From positions 21,318 to 85,317 of the forward strand of contig JAAEEP010000006.1 of NCBI GenBank assembly GCA_013415695.1: DNA of 64,000 nucleotides, in the 5' to 3' direction. This document shows, piece after piece, positions 34,768 through 44,151 of the stretch. A model generated the notes under the pieces. The model made no database searches. It worked only from the letters and a program-made list of their open reading frames with translations, and had not been told where the DNA came from. The DNA is from Methanomassiliicoccales archaeon (lineage in GTDB: Archaea; Thermoplasmatota; Thermoplasmata; Methanomassiliicoccales; JAAEEP01). Within the stretch, counting starts at the first letter, position 1; every line of letters starts with the position of its first letter. The translations under genes and the position numbers were made by a program.

Positions 34768-36120
34768 CTACAGCCTGTTCATGGCCACTTCCGCAGCGGT
34801 GTGTGCTGGGTCTCTTACCATGCTGGTCGGCGGGCAGTAGGCGTTCTCGAACTGAATGACGAACTCCTCGATGGTCACTCCCTTCTCGAGGGCTGCTGTG
34901 ATCCAGTTGACACGCCCGTTCATCTGTGGATCCTTGCCAACCATCTGGGCTCCCAGTACTTTATGGCTTCCCTTCTCCACCAGGATTTTCACGGTCACGG
35001 GCTCGTGACCTGGATAATACCTAGCACAGGAAAGGCCAGTGTACTTGCCCTCCACCAAATCGATTCCGTAATAGGCGGCGAGTCCAAGAGAGATGCCTGT
35101 ACCGGCACACTGCAGGTCCCCGATCACACTTACCCAAGGGCTCGTGACCCCTGGATATATCATGCTCCCACCGGCTGCGTTCGTGCCTGCCACGATACCC
35201 TGTCTGACCGCGCTTGAGCCAAGTTGGCTCATTGTTGGTCCGGGGACTATGCAACTCTCTACCTGGATGACATCACCTGCTAGGTATATGTCAGGTACAA
35301 GCCGGCCTTTCTTGTATGGCTGCATGGTGGGGCTAACTCTTATCGCACCCAGCTCACCAACATCCAGTCCGATCTTGCTTGGAAGCTCCAGATTAGCGCG
35401 AACTCCCGTGGCCATGATGATCACCTCAGCGGGGTACTCCTTTTCCCCAGCGATCACGGATACTGCCTTGCCATTCTCCCCCTTGATGGAACCTATTGGA
35501 GTACCCATGACGAATTTGATGCCCTCTCCCTCGAGGTAATCCTGGACCATGTCTGCCATGTCCTTGTCGAATATCCTGGGGATGACCTGAGGGAACATCT
35601 CGATCACGGTAACATCGAGACCGACCTTCTTCAAAGCCAAAGCCATCTCGAGACCGATGACACCAGCACCTGCTATGACCGCTGACTTGGCTCCAACCAT
35701 AGAGGCTTGTATCTTCTTGCCATCGTTGATGGTCCTGACCGTGAAGACCCCATCAAGGTCCTTGCCCTCGATCGGCGGAACCCAGACATATCCACCTGTG
35801 GCTAGGATGAGGGAGTCATACTCCCACAACTTGCCGTCTGCGGTGGTGATCTTCTTATTGTCCGCGTCCACATCAGTGACTTTTGTCTTGGTGTACACGT
35901 TGATGTTCCTCTCCTCCTTATAGAACTCAGGATCGTGCATCACCATGTAATCCCAGTCTATGAGGCCCTCAAGGACCCATGGTATCACGCATGGAGAGTA
36001 AGCAATGTACTCGTCATCCGTGAAAACATTGATCTCGGCGTCCTTGTCCGTCCTTCGCGCAGCGGATGCGGCTGGCATTCCAGCGGCCCCGGTACCGATA
36101 ACGATTATCTTGCGAGCCAT
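34768..36120 (-). CDS. Pyridine nucleotide-disulfide oxidoreductase, CoA-disulfide reductase/NADH oxidase (NSR) family
   Basis: MARKIIVIGTGAAG, active-site YSPCVIPW and a second GAGVIGLE motif. ATG 36120 chosen over the track start. Confidence 0.8.
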   Translation of the reverse strand: MARKIIVIGTGAAGMPAASAARRTDKDAEINVFTDDEYIAYSPCVIPWVLEGLIDWDYMVMHDPEFYKEERNINVYTKTKVTDVDADNKKITTADGKLWEYDSLILATGGYVWVPPIEGKDLDGVFTVRTINDGKKIQASMVGAKSAVIAGAGVIGLEMALALKKVGLDVTVIEMFPQVIPRIFDKDMADMVQDYLEGEGIKFVMGTPIGSIKGENGKAVSVIAGEKEYPAEVIIMATGVRANLELPSKIGLDVGELGAIRVSPTMQPYKKGRLVPDIYLAGDVIQVESCIVPGPTMSQLGSSAVRQGIVAGTNAAGGSMIYPGVTSPWVSVIGDLQCAGTGISLGLAAYYGIDLVEGKYTGLSCARYYPGHEPVTVKILVEKGSHKVLGAQMVGKDPQMNGRVNWITAALEKGVTIEEFVIQFENAYCPPTSMVRDPAHTAAEVAMNRL

Positions 36121-36369
36121 AAGATCTACCTTTCCTTTGGAAGTATAGAATAGCATATTAATAAATTTGTGAGTTCGGGTCAAGGATACTCCGGTTATGC
36201 CCAAGGTTCATTGAAATTGGATTGAGAATGATATCGAGCCTTTCGATATCCGTAGGATGCACTGAAAATCAATTGATTGTCCTGTTCGAACCAGCATATC
36301 GCGTCACTGGCATCATGAGAAGATATATAGCCTTCCCGCGATGTTCTGAGCCAAGAACAAGAGGATTAG

Positions 36370-37371
36370 ATGATGGGAAAGAAGAAAGATCCCAAGAGGA
36401 ATCAGAGGCCCGAGGCTCTCTGGAAAGAGAAGGATCAGATCGATGGTGGGACCGTGGATGCCATGGTCCTCATCTTGAGGACCTCAGGTTGCAGATGGTA
36501 TCGTGATGGAGGCTGTCTGATGTGTGGATATCACTCTGCCAGCGAGGAGGGGATTGGCATCGAAGATCTCAGAATGCAGATTGACTCTTCGTTAGAGAGA
36601 TATGATGGGGAAGAAATGGTAAAGATATACACCTCGGGAAGCTTTCTTGACACGGGGGAAATACCAGTCGGGTTGAGAAGGGAGGTCTTCGAGGCATTCT
36701 CGGAATCTCAAAGGATTCTCTTCGAAAGCAGACCTGAATTTGTAAGCATTAACAACCTGGAGGGAATTGAAGTGGGAAAGGCGCATGTCGCCATTGGACT
36801 GGAGACCTCCAGCGATCTCGTCAGGGAGACGTGCGTTAATAAAGGCTTCACATTTCAAGATTATGAGAAGGCAGCCTCGCTCCTACTCGAAAAGGGTATC
36901 CCACTCAGGACATACCTACTACTCAAACCTCCATTCCTTTCAGAAAGGGAGGCCATAAGGGACGTAATCTCATCGATAGAAGATTCATCCCCGTACTCGG
37001 AGAGCATTTCCATCAATCCCGTGAATGTTCAGAGAGATACATTGGTGGAGAGGCTCTGGCGAAGAGGTGACTATAGGCCGCCATGGTGGTGGTCATTGAA
37101 TGAGGTTCTCTCCAAGGGTCTTGAAGCCAGCGATGCAAGGATCCTATCGGCGCCCAGCGGGGCAGGGACTCCCCGAGGGATTCACAACTGCGGAGACTGC
37201 GAGGATAAGTTTATTGAAGCGGTGCGGCGTTTTTCCTTCGAGCAGGACCTCGGAGTATTGCGGGGTCTGCGGTGCGACTGCAGAGAGGAATGGGAGACCC
37301 TCATAGATGTTCAGGACATCATGGGCACTTCTGTGGATGTCTCCCGCTACTTGAGCTCAAGTAAAGATTGA
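36370..37371 (+). CDS. Radical SAM protein, archaeosine-biosynthesis RaSEA-like (TIGR01210-type)
   Basis: LILRTSGCRWYRDGGCLMCGY cluster motif. The family call is from memory of that motif only. Confidence 0.5.
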   Translation: MMGKKKDPKRNQRPEALWKEKDQIDGGTVDAMVLILRTSGCRWYRDGGCLMCGYHSASEEGIGIEDLRMQIDSSLERYDGEEMVKIYTSGSFLDTGEIPVGLRREVFEAFSESQRILFESRPEFVSINNLEGIEVGKAHVAIGLETSSDLVRETCVNKGFTFQDYEKAASLLLEKGIPLRTYLLLKPPFLSEREAIRDVISSIEDSSPYSESISINPVNVQRDTLVERLWRRGDYRPPWWWSLNEVLSKGLEASDARILSAPSGAGTPRGIHNCGDCEDKFIEAVRRFSFEQDLGVLRGLRCDCREEWETLIDVQDIMGTSVDVSRYLSSSKD

Positions 37372-37377
37372 ACGGAT

Positions 37378-37707
37378 GTGATCATGATGGAATACGATAT
37401 CAAGAGAGGACACTTCAAGAATATAGAGAGCGACGGCCTCAAGGATATGCTCACCGAGTTTTTCGGGGGATACCAAGAGGACGGGGATACTCTGATTGCT
37501 AACTACGGGGCAATGATAGAGATGAGGGTGAAGGTCCTTAGCAAGTCCTCGCTGGTCGTTGAGACAAAAACAGATACCAATGTATCTGACGATGTCGCCA
37601 TGGATACCATCAGGAAGTTTAATAAGTTCCTGGAGAGTGCCACTGGACTCAACTCTAAGCAGCGCAGGGATCGCCTGAGCAAGAAGGCGAAGGAAGGCAA
37701 GTTGTAG
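37378..37707 (+). CDS. Hypothetical small protein with a basic C-terminus
   Basis: ORF only, 7 nt after the radical SAM gene; ends SKQRRDRLSKKAKEGKL. Confidence 0.4.
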   Translation: MIMMEYDIKRGHFKNIESDGLKDMLTEFFGGYQEDGDTLIANYGAMIEMRVKVLSKSSLVVETKTDTNVSDDVAMDTIRKFNKFLESATGLNSKQRRDRLSKKAKEGKL

Positions 37708-37806
37708 AAGTCTTCAATACAAAAATTGAATCGAGAAAGGACTCCTTGCCTTCATTCATTCTCAATCAGCCAATCGCTGGTCTGGGAGTGCATATCATGC
37801 TGGAAT

Positions 37807-40746
37807 TCAGCCCATGTCTCTGAATGCCTCTGCGGGGGGAATGCGCGATGCCATCCTGGATGGTGCAACAGTGCAAAGGATTGCGGCGAGATAGACGATA
37901 CCGACGATTATGAGAAGGGTTTCCCAAGGAAACACGAATGGCACATCAAGTTCAGCCATGGCAGTGTACCAGATGCCGTAGGCACAGGTGAATCCAACAA
38001 AGATGCCCAGTAGCACTCCGAGCGAAGTGATGAAAAGCACCTCCACCAGGAATGATTTCGATATCATTGACCTCTGATATCCTATCGATCGCAGCATTCC
38101 TATGATTCTCTTTCGTTCAAAGACCGCCCGATATGCAAGCACTCCAAGTGAGGCTACACCTATGAGCAGGCCAAGAGAAAGGAAAATGGAGAACATCTGC
38201 ATGATATCCTCCATCTGCTTCTTTGAATCGATTAGCACCTTCTCAATTGACTGGGCCTCCATTCCGATCGACCTGAAATCGGTGTTCATCTTTTCCACTG
38301 ATGATTCCAGTAGAACTCCATCTTTGAGATTGACCAGGAACAGGTTGTTGTCGATAAGATGAGGGAATATCGTCCCCATGCTGCTCTTTGCGATGAACAG
38401 TCCGTTGAGAAGTGTCTCTTTAACGATTCCAATCACTCTCAGTTCAACAGAGGAGTCCACCACGTGGGAAGGAAGCGTCACAATGTCACCTACTAAGATG
38501 GGTATGTGAGTGCTGGCAGTACCGGAGCTTATGATGACAAGTGAGTCATCCTCTTGGAGTGCCGCCCAGACCTCGTCCTCGGTACTGTATTCTGGATGGA
38601 TGCTCTCCAAGTTCCATTTCGTATGATCCTTGAAATCGTCCTCTATACCAAATATTCCATAATACGGTGGACCGTAGGATGGTACGTCCTCACCGTTCTT
38701 CTGCAGATTTCCCATGAAATAAAAGCTTCTGATCGACTCTATGTACTCGACATCATTCCTGATCACCTCGGAATCGATCTCCTCGACCTCCCCTTCCCGG
38801 ATCACAGTGACATTCTCAAGATTCTCAACACTCAATGATGTGGTGGAAACGATATCGTACCCGCCTGCCTCCTCGGTAATATCGGAAACAACGAAGGACG
38901 AGGTGAAAATCGAAGTCATGGTGACGAGGAATAGGACCAATGTGAACATAGCGATGGTCATACCAGTCCTGAACCGCTTCTGGAGCGAGTAACCGACAGC
39001 TATCTGCGAGATGGCCTTGGAACTGGGGCTGAAGGAGAACAACCTTGAGACCCCAGAAACGATGATCCGTGAGTTGAAAACGAGAATTACTACTGCGCTG
39101 AAGCATAGGATGAGCCCAATAAAGACGAATGCCAGTATTGCATCTGTTCCTTCGTAAGTAACGTTGAAAAGTGTCCAAAGTGCATAGAGGAAGATCAATA
39201 CACCTGCGATGGAATAGACAATCTCCGGACGGACCTCCCTCCTCACTATCATTGCGGCCCCAGCAATGACCAGTATGGAGCCTGTTATGAGGAGGAGATA
39301 ATAGTCGTAATGGAAATAGTACACATAGGTGATCAGATTTCCCAGTATTGCGAGGAACAGACCATAACCAATTGTGGTGTTGGTCCCCTTCTTCAAGACT
39401 GGTTCCTCTATCTCCCTTATCGCCCTCACGATATTCAGTTTCGATATTTTTCGTGAAACCAACAATATGGTGGCGATTGATACCAGGGTACCCAGCACTA
39501 TGGAAAGTACTAGACTCGAGAGGAAGAAGTAGAACGGAAGGCTTTCGCCGCCCTCGACCCCCATTATGGAGTTCATAGAGGTGATGAGCATGTATGCTAT
39601 CAGGATGCCCAGCAGTGCTCCGATGATCGACGCCGGGAAGGTGTAACCCAGACCTTCAAAGGTGAAGATCCTGGTGAGATGGATTCTCTTCAGACCGATG
39701 GCCCTTGATATTCCGAGTTCACGCTTGCGCTCCTCGGCAAGCATCACGAAGATGTTCACGATCAGTATGACGCCTGCGGTAACGGCGAACATAGACATGA
39801 GTAGAAGAAAATCACCGAAGTTCTCGGCGGCAAAATCGGCAAGATCCAGCTGGTTTCTCTTGTAGTCAGTTATGACGAGTGATCCAAGAACCGCGTTTAC
39901 GGGATCGTTCTCTATGAAGTTGTCGAGCACTCTCTCGATCTCAGTGGTAACCTGGTCGGTCAGAACAACTGAGTCAATCATGCCCCCGTTGTTGGAGACC
40001 TTGATGAAGTTGTATTCGAAGTCATTGGTCTGGTACATTTCCCAAGCCGATTCTATCTTGAGGAATAGATTGGGAGTTCCAAACATGGCCGCCTTACCTG
40101 CATCAGATGATATGGATTTGACATTGAACTGGATCGACCTTATCTCGGCCATCCCCTCCTGCATCGATGTCTCTTCCTCTGATGGGGTTTGCCTTCCTGG
40201 CAAGGTGGGAATGATCCCATTGATCTCCGGAATGCCGTCCAAGCTCGGAGGGATGATGTAGTAGACCTCAAGAGAGTCACCTACCTGAGCGCCGATCCGC
40301 TCCGACAGCATTGAATTGATTATGATCTCATCATCACCGAGGTCTTCCCCGTAGCGATCACCCGATGGAATGGCAAACTCACCGAATTCCTGGTCCAAGG
40401 CGGAATCGAATCCCACCACGGTCGAAGAGGGACTAGTCAACCCGGTCCTTGGATTGAAAACAGAGATGCCTTGGAACATGATCTGGGGAGAGATGCCATC
40501 GGTCAACGCCCTGATCTCTTGGTCCTGCGAGATGCCATTGTAGACCCCGAAATCGAAGAAACCACCTCCTGGAGAGGAGATGTACTCGTCCATCAGATCC
40601 GAGTTCAGATAGCTAGTCTCCCTGATGTAGAAATCAAGAGAATCGCTGGTTACCAGGGAGCTAGAGATCATGGCTGTTGCAATCATGAGCGCCCCAATCA
40701 CCAGGGCAGTGTGAGCCTTTCTCCGGGTGATGTTGTGTAGGCCCAT
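37807..40746 (-). CDS. ABC transporter permease with two FtsX/MacB-type domains and large extracytoplasmic loops
   Basis: N-terminus GLHNITRRKAHTALVIGALMIA. Two copies of the ..RKRELGISRAIGLKR / RKRIIGMLRSIGYQR FtsX signature. ATG 40746. Confidence 0.8.
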   Translation of the reverse strand: MGLHNITRRKAHTALVIGALMIATAMISSSLVTSDSLDFYIRETSYLNSDLMDEYISSPGGGFFDFGVYNGISQDQEIRALTDGISPQIMFQGISVFNPRTGLTSPSSTVVGFDSALDQEFGEFAIPSGDRYGEDLGDDEIIINSMLSERIGAQVGDSLEVYYIIPPSLDGIPEINGIIPTLPGRQTPSEEETSMQEGMAEIRSIQFNVKSISSDAGKAAMFGTPNLFLKIESAWEMYQTNDFEYNFIKVSNNGGMIDSVVLTDQVTTEIERVLDNFIENDPVNAVLGSLVITDYKRNQLDLADFAAENFGDFLLLMSMFAVTAGVILIVNIFVMLAEERKRELGISRAIGLKRIHLTRIFTFEGLGYTFPASIIGALLGILIAYMLITSMNSIMGVEGGESLPFYFFLSSLVLSIVLGTLVSIATILLVSRKISKLNIVRAIREIEEPVLKKGTNTTIGYGLFLAILGNLITYVYYFHYDYYLLLITGSILVIAGAAMIVRREVRPEIVYSIAGVLIFLYALWTLFNVTYEGTDAILAFVFIGLILCFSAVVILVFNSRIIVSGVSRLFSFSPSSKAISQIAVGYSLQKRFRTGMTIAMFTLVLFLVTMTSIFTSSFVVSDITEEAGGYDIVSTTSLSVENLENVTVIREGEVEEIDSEVIRNDVEYIESIRSFYFMGNLQKNGEDVPSYGPPYYGIFGIEDDFKDHTKWNLESIHPEYSTEDEVWAALQEDDSLVIISSGTASTHIPILVGDIVTLPSHVVDSSVELRVIGIVKETLLNGLFIAKSSMGTIFPHLIDNNLFLVNLKDGVLLESSVEKMNTDFRSIGMEAQSIEKVLIDSKKQMEDIMQMFSIFLSLGLLIGVASLGVLAYRAVFERKRIIGMLRSIGYQRSMISKSFLVEVLFITSLGVLLGIFVGFTCAYGIWYTAMAELDVPFVFPWETLLIIVGIVYLAAILCTVAPSRMASRIPPAEAFRDMG

Positions 40747-40878
40747 TCTAATGAAGATGCTGGGTCGAAGGCTAGCGATCAGGATGATCAGCACTACGAC
40801 GATGAGAACCGCCAGAAGTGGAAGAGCCCTGTCCCAGCCAGTATCAGGTATCTCGATATCATCATCTCCTGCTCATCC

Positions 40879-41598
40879 TCATTCCACTATCCTGCCATTC
40901 TCCATGCGCACTATCCGGTCCGCCATTCCGCTCACCAGAGGATCATGGGTCACCACCACGTACGTCTGATTCTTCTCTTTGTTGAGGGTGGAGAGTAATT
41001 TCATGATCTGCACGGTATTTTCCTTGTCAAGGTTCCCAGTTGGCTCGTCTGCCCATACTATCACTGGGTCGTTGACGAGAGAGCGGGCAATTGCCACCCT
41101 CTGCTGTTGACCCCCTGAGAGCTCGCTGGGCTTGTGCTTGGCCCAATCTTTGAGACCGACTACTTCTAGGGCATTCATGGCCTTCTCCTTTGAAGCCTTG
41201 ACATTGACCCCTGATACCAGTAGAGGAAGCTGGACATTCTCAAGGGCTGAGAGTACGGGAAGAAGATTATACGATTGGAAAATGAACCCCATCTTCTTTG
41301 CCCTATACTCTGTCCTCTCCCTATCGCTCATCTTGGATATATCCTTGTCCTCGATCAGTATCTTTCCATCATCGATCTCGTCGATCCCGGAAAGGCAGTT
41401 GAGGAGGGTTGTCTTTCCGCATCCAGATGGTCCCATCACTGCAACCATCTCCCCCCTACTTATCTCGAGGTCCAAACCTCTCAGGGCGTGAACCCTTACC
41501 TCGCCCGTGTCGTAGATCTTCTCGACACCTATTGAGCGTATGATGGGGCTGTTTTCCACTAAATCGGTTGGTTTGGGTTTCTCCTCGTCGGGGTCCAT
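40879..41598 (-). CDS. ABC transporter ATP-binding protein (MacB/LolD-like)
   Basis: GPSGCGKTT, LSGGQQQRVAIARSL and VWADEPTGNLD. Confidence 0.9.
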   Translation of the reverse strand: MDPDEEKPKPTDLVENSPIIRSIGVEKIYDTGEVRVHALRGLDLEISRGEMVAVMGPSGCGKTTLLNCLSGIDEIDDGKILIEDKDISKMSDRERTEYRAKKMGFIFQSYNLLPVLSALENVQLPLLVSGVNVKASKEKAMNALEVVGLKDWAKHKPSELSGGQQQRVAIARSLVNDPVIVWADEPTGNLDKENTVQIMKLLSTLNKEKNQTYVVVTHDPLVSGMADRIVRMENGRIVE

Positions 41599-41724
41599 TT
41601 CTCTCCGTATTAAAATACCTGAAGAACCTTTTAATTTAATCTACGTTAAAATAAATCAAACTCGGCCTGAACCTAGGTGGCCTTTGATGATTAGGAGAAC
41701 GATTCGGCAAGGACGCCTTTATTC

Positions 41725-43446
41725 TCAGAATTCGTGATGTCTCTCATCAAGACGCTCCAGGGTGTCCATTAGATCGCGTCTGGTAATGATTCCGACGATC
41801 TTCTTGTTATCCATGGGTGACACGACTATCATTCTCGAAATCTGCTTGGAGTTCATGATGTCAAACGCTTCCAGAGCCTCCTTGTCCGAAGGAATGGTGT
41901 CGTAATGAGTCTGGATGACTTTCCTCAGGGACGATTCAGGTGAACTCGAGAATTCTTTTTCGATGAGGTCCATGGGAGCCATCCCCACCATTTTTCCATT
42001 TGAATCGATTGCCGGGTAAAGATAATGAGGATTGTCCCTCACTTTGGCTATGATCTCTGCCAGATTTTCATCCTCTTGAATTATGATCACGTTTCCTTCC
42101 ATGACATCTCCCACCCTCACCTTGCTAAGCATTGAGATGTCCAGAGTGAAGGAATGCTGCGTTATCTGGCTCTCGTATATGGTGCGAGAGCCAGTGACCG
42201 TGTAGCTTATGATGGAGGATATCATGAGCGGAATGAGGACCGACACCCCGCCAACCATCTCCGTCAACATTATCGAGGAGGCGATTGGTGTCTTAGTCAC
42301 ACCTGCCATCATCGATCCCATGCCCACAACGACCAGGATGGGTGTGATGTCTAAACCTGAAAGGACACCGATCGCTCCCCCAACCGTACCACCTATGACC
42401 AGCGAGGGAAAGAATACGCCCCCGCTACCGCCAGAGCCGACGGTGAGGGAGGTTGCCACGATCTTCCCCACAAGGATAGCCAATAGTACCAATATCGATG
42501 TGATGGCGCCGTCTATCAGATCCTGTATTATACCCTCGCTAAGTCCAAGCACACCGGGGATCGATAAACCGATGATGCCGACCATCAGGCCCCCCAGACC
42601 CGCTCGGAAGTACAGGGGAAGTGTCAATTCCTTGAAGAATCTGCTCATCCGGTTTCGGAGCTGGATGAATCCCAATCCTACCAATCCCAAAACGAAACCG
42701 GTGAGTATCGTTAGCGGGAAGACCTCTGCGGAAAGGAATATATTGACATCTGGGAAGCTAAAAAGAGGCTCCACGCCATAGAATGGAACGAACACCAGGT
42801 ATGCAACCGCACTGGAGACCATCGCAGGAACCACTGCACTACTCTCCAAGTCGTTCTTATAGGGTATCTCTATGGCGAAAATTGCAGCCCCAAGCGGTGC
42901 CTTGAACACGGCGGACATTCCCGCCGCCATTCCGCTGATAACCAGTATCCTGAGGTCCGAACGGCTTAGTTTGAACCTGTCGGCCACGAAGTTTGCCAGA
43001 CCCGCAGTGATCTGGGATATTGGACCCTCTCTTCCAGCGCTCCCTCCGGTTCCGATCGTCAAGGCTGAAGCCACCAACTTTACCGGAGCCACAATTGGCC
43101 GCACCTTGCCCCCAGTATGATGTAGAGCGTTGACCACGTTATCCTGACCAGGGCCTTCAGCCTCAGGTGCCATATAGGAGACCAAGAAGCCCATGATTAC
43201 CCCTCCGACAGCGGGAATAAACACGATCAGGTACCAAGGCACCGCAACGGTCTCGTAAAAGGAGGACCAGATCAATTCCAGAAGGAACTCGAAGGCCATC
43301 GCCCCCAGTCCTCCCACCAGTCCCATCATTATGCCCAACGGAATCCATTTCTTGAAATAGTCGCGAATATCCAATGAGAAGATGCGGGTCAACCTTCTCT
43401 CTATACTCTCGATACGAGCCCTGCTTCTTGGGATATCATTGCTCAT
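41725..43446 (-). CDS. ClC voltage-gated chloride channel family protein with C-terminal CBS pair
   Basis: GSAGREGP, GGVFFPS, and a CBS-like C-terminus. ATG 43446 chosen; the track extension to 43650 has no homolog-like sequence. Confidence 0.85.
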   Translation of the reverse strand: MSNDIPRSRARIESIERRLTRIFSLDIRDYFKKWIPLGIMMGLVGGLGAMAFEFLLELIWSSFYETVAVPWYLIVFIPAVGGVIMGFLVSYMAPEAEGPGQDNVVNALHHTGGKVRPIVAPVKLVASALTIGTGGSAGREGPISQITAGLANFVADRFKLSRSDLRILVISGMAAGMSAVFKAPLGAAIFAIEIPYKNDLESSAVVPAMVSSAVAYLVFVPFYGVEPLFSFPDVNIFLSAEVFPLTILTGFVLGLVGLGFIQLRNRMSRFFKELTLPLYFRAGLGGLMVGIIGLSIPGVLGLSEGIIQDLIDGAITSILVLLAILVGKIVATSLTVGSGGSGGVFFPSLVIGGTVGGAIGVLSGLDITPILVVVGMGSMMAGVTKTPIASSIMLTEMVGGVSVLIPLMISSIISYTVTGSRTIYESQITQHSFTLDISMLSKVRVGDVMEGNVIIIQEDENLAEIIAKVRDNPHYLYPAIDSNGKMVGMAPMDLIEKEFSSSPESSLRKVIQTHYDTIPSDKEALEAFDIMNSKQISRMIVVSPMDNKKIVGIITRRDLMDTLERLDERHHEF

Positions 43447-43880
43447 TGGAGATCGCCAGGGAGTCATACATTTGGGCGTGAGAATCATAGGGAAATCAAC
43501 AGACTTAAGCAATCCGGATGATGGCTGAAGGAGAATTACGACCTCGACATTCTTTCCAGATCGGTTGTAGAAAGGACCTTTATTTGAAGAAATGTGGGCA
43601 AATTTGTCTATTATTCTAATAAGGCAGTTTGTGATGCTAGGAGAGGTCAAAACTCATCAACGAATTCCTGTTCATGGACTTATTCGTGGCTCTGATATGC
43701 ACATGACTCCCTAGGCTGTATTCGAGCCTCTGATTAAGAATCCCTTCGCCATTCTGTGCATGAGAAAGTTTGCCGAGGATAAAGTATGAGGTGGAGCCTG
43801 TCGGCAAATTCACCGATCGAGTATCTGGTGATCTTTTCCGAGTTCTCCTGATCGGCGTAATAAGGCGCAGGAAGTGGGCT

Positions 43881-43919
43881 CCTGTCCATGGCCTGTTTGC
43901 CATCGGGGCTCTGGACAGG
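43881..43919. other. Stable nested hairpin in the long clc/rpl3 spacer
   Basis: CCTGTCCA (43881-88) pairs with TGGACAGG (43912-19), with an inner TGGC/GCCA pair. Confidence 0.4.
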
Positions 43920-44114
43920 GCGCGGGGATTACCGCACATCTTATATACCATAATCCTAATGCAAGGCTTAGCTGAACGCATGAGGACGTTCGACCAGACG
44001 CCTTGGGCAATGCATATGGCACCCCTCAATCGCTGCCCCACTGATTCTGGGCAGTGACAACAGCGTCACGGTCGAAGGTACTGACCTCGACACAGTTGAA
44101 CGACTCGCGTAAGC

Positions 44115-44149
44115 GGAGAGAGAGGATTCTCTCCCAAACAGAGGGAGAA
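44115..44149 (+). promoter_or_regulatory. Two mutually exclusive hairpins at the rpl3 ribosome-binding site
   Basis: Hairpin A is GGAGAGA (44115-21) with TCTCTCC (44128-34). Hairpin B is TCTCCC (44130-35) with GGGAGA (44143-48), which covers the GAGGGAGA SD 3-7 nt before ATG 44152. Confidence 0.35.
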
Positions 44150-44151
44150 TC

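Noticed and set aside
43631-43694. Possible C/D box sRNA (GTGATGC ... CTGA about 60 nt apart)
   Set aside because: The C box is imperfect, there are no internal C'/D' boxes, and no terminal stem. The minus-strand TGATGA at about 43655 also lacks a D box.
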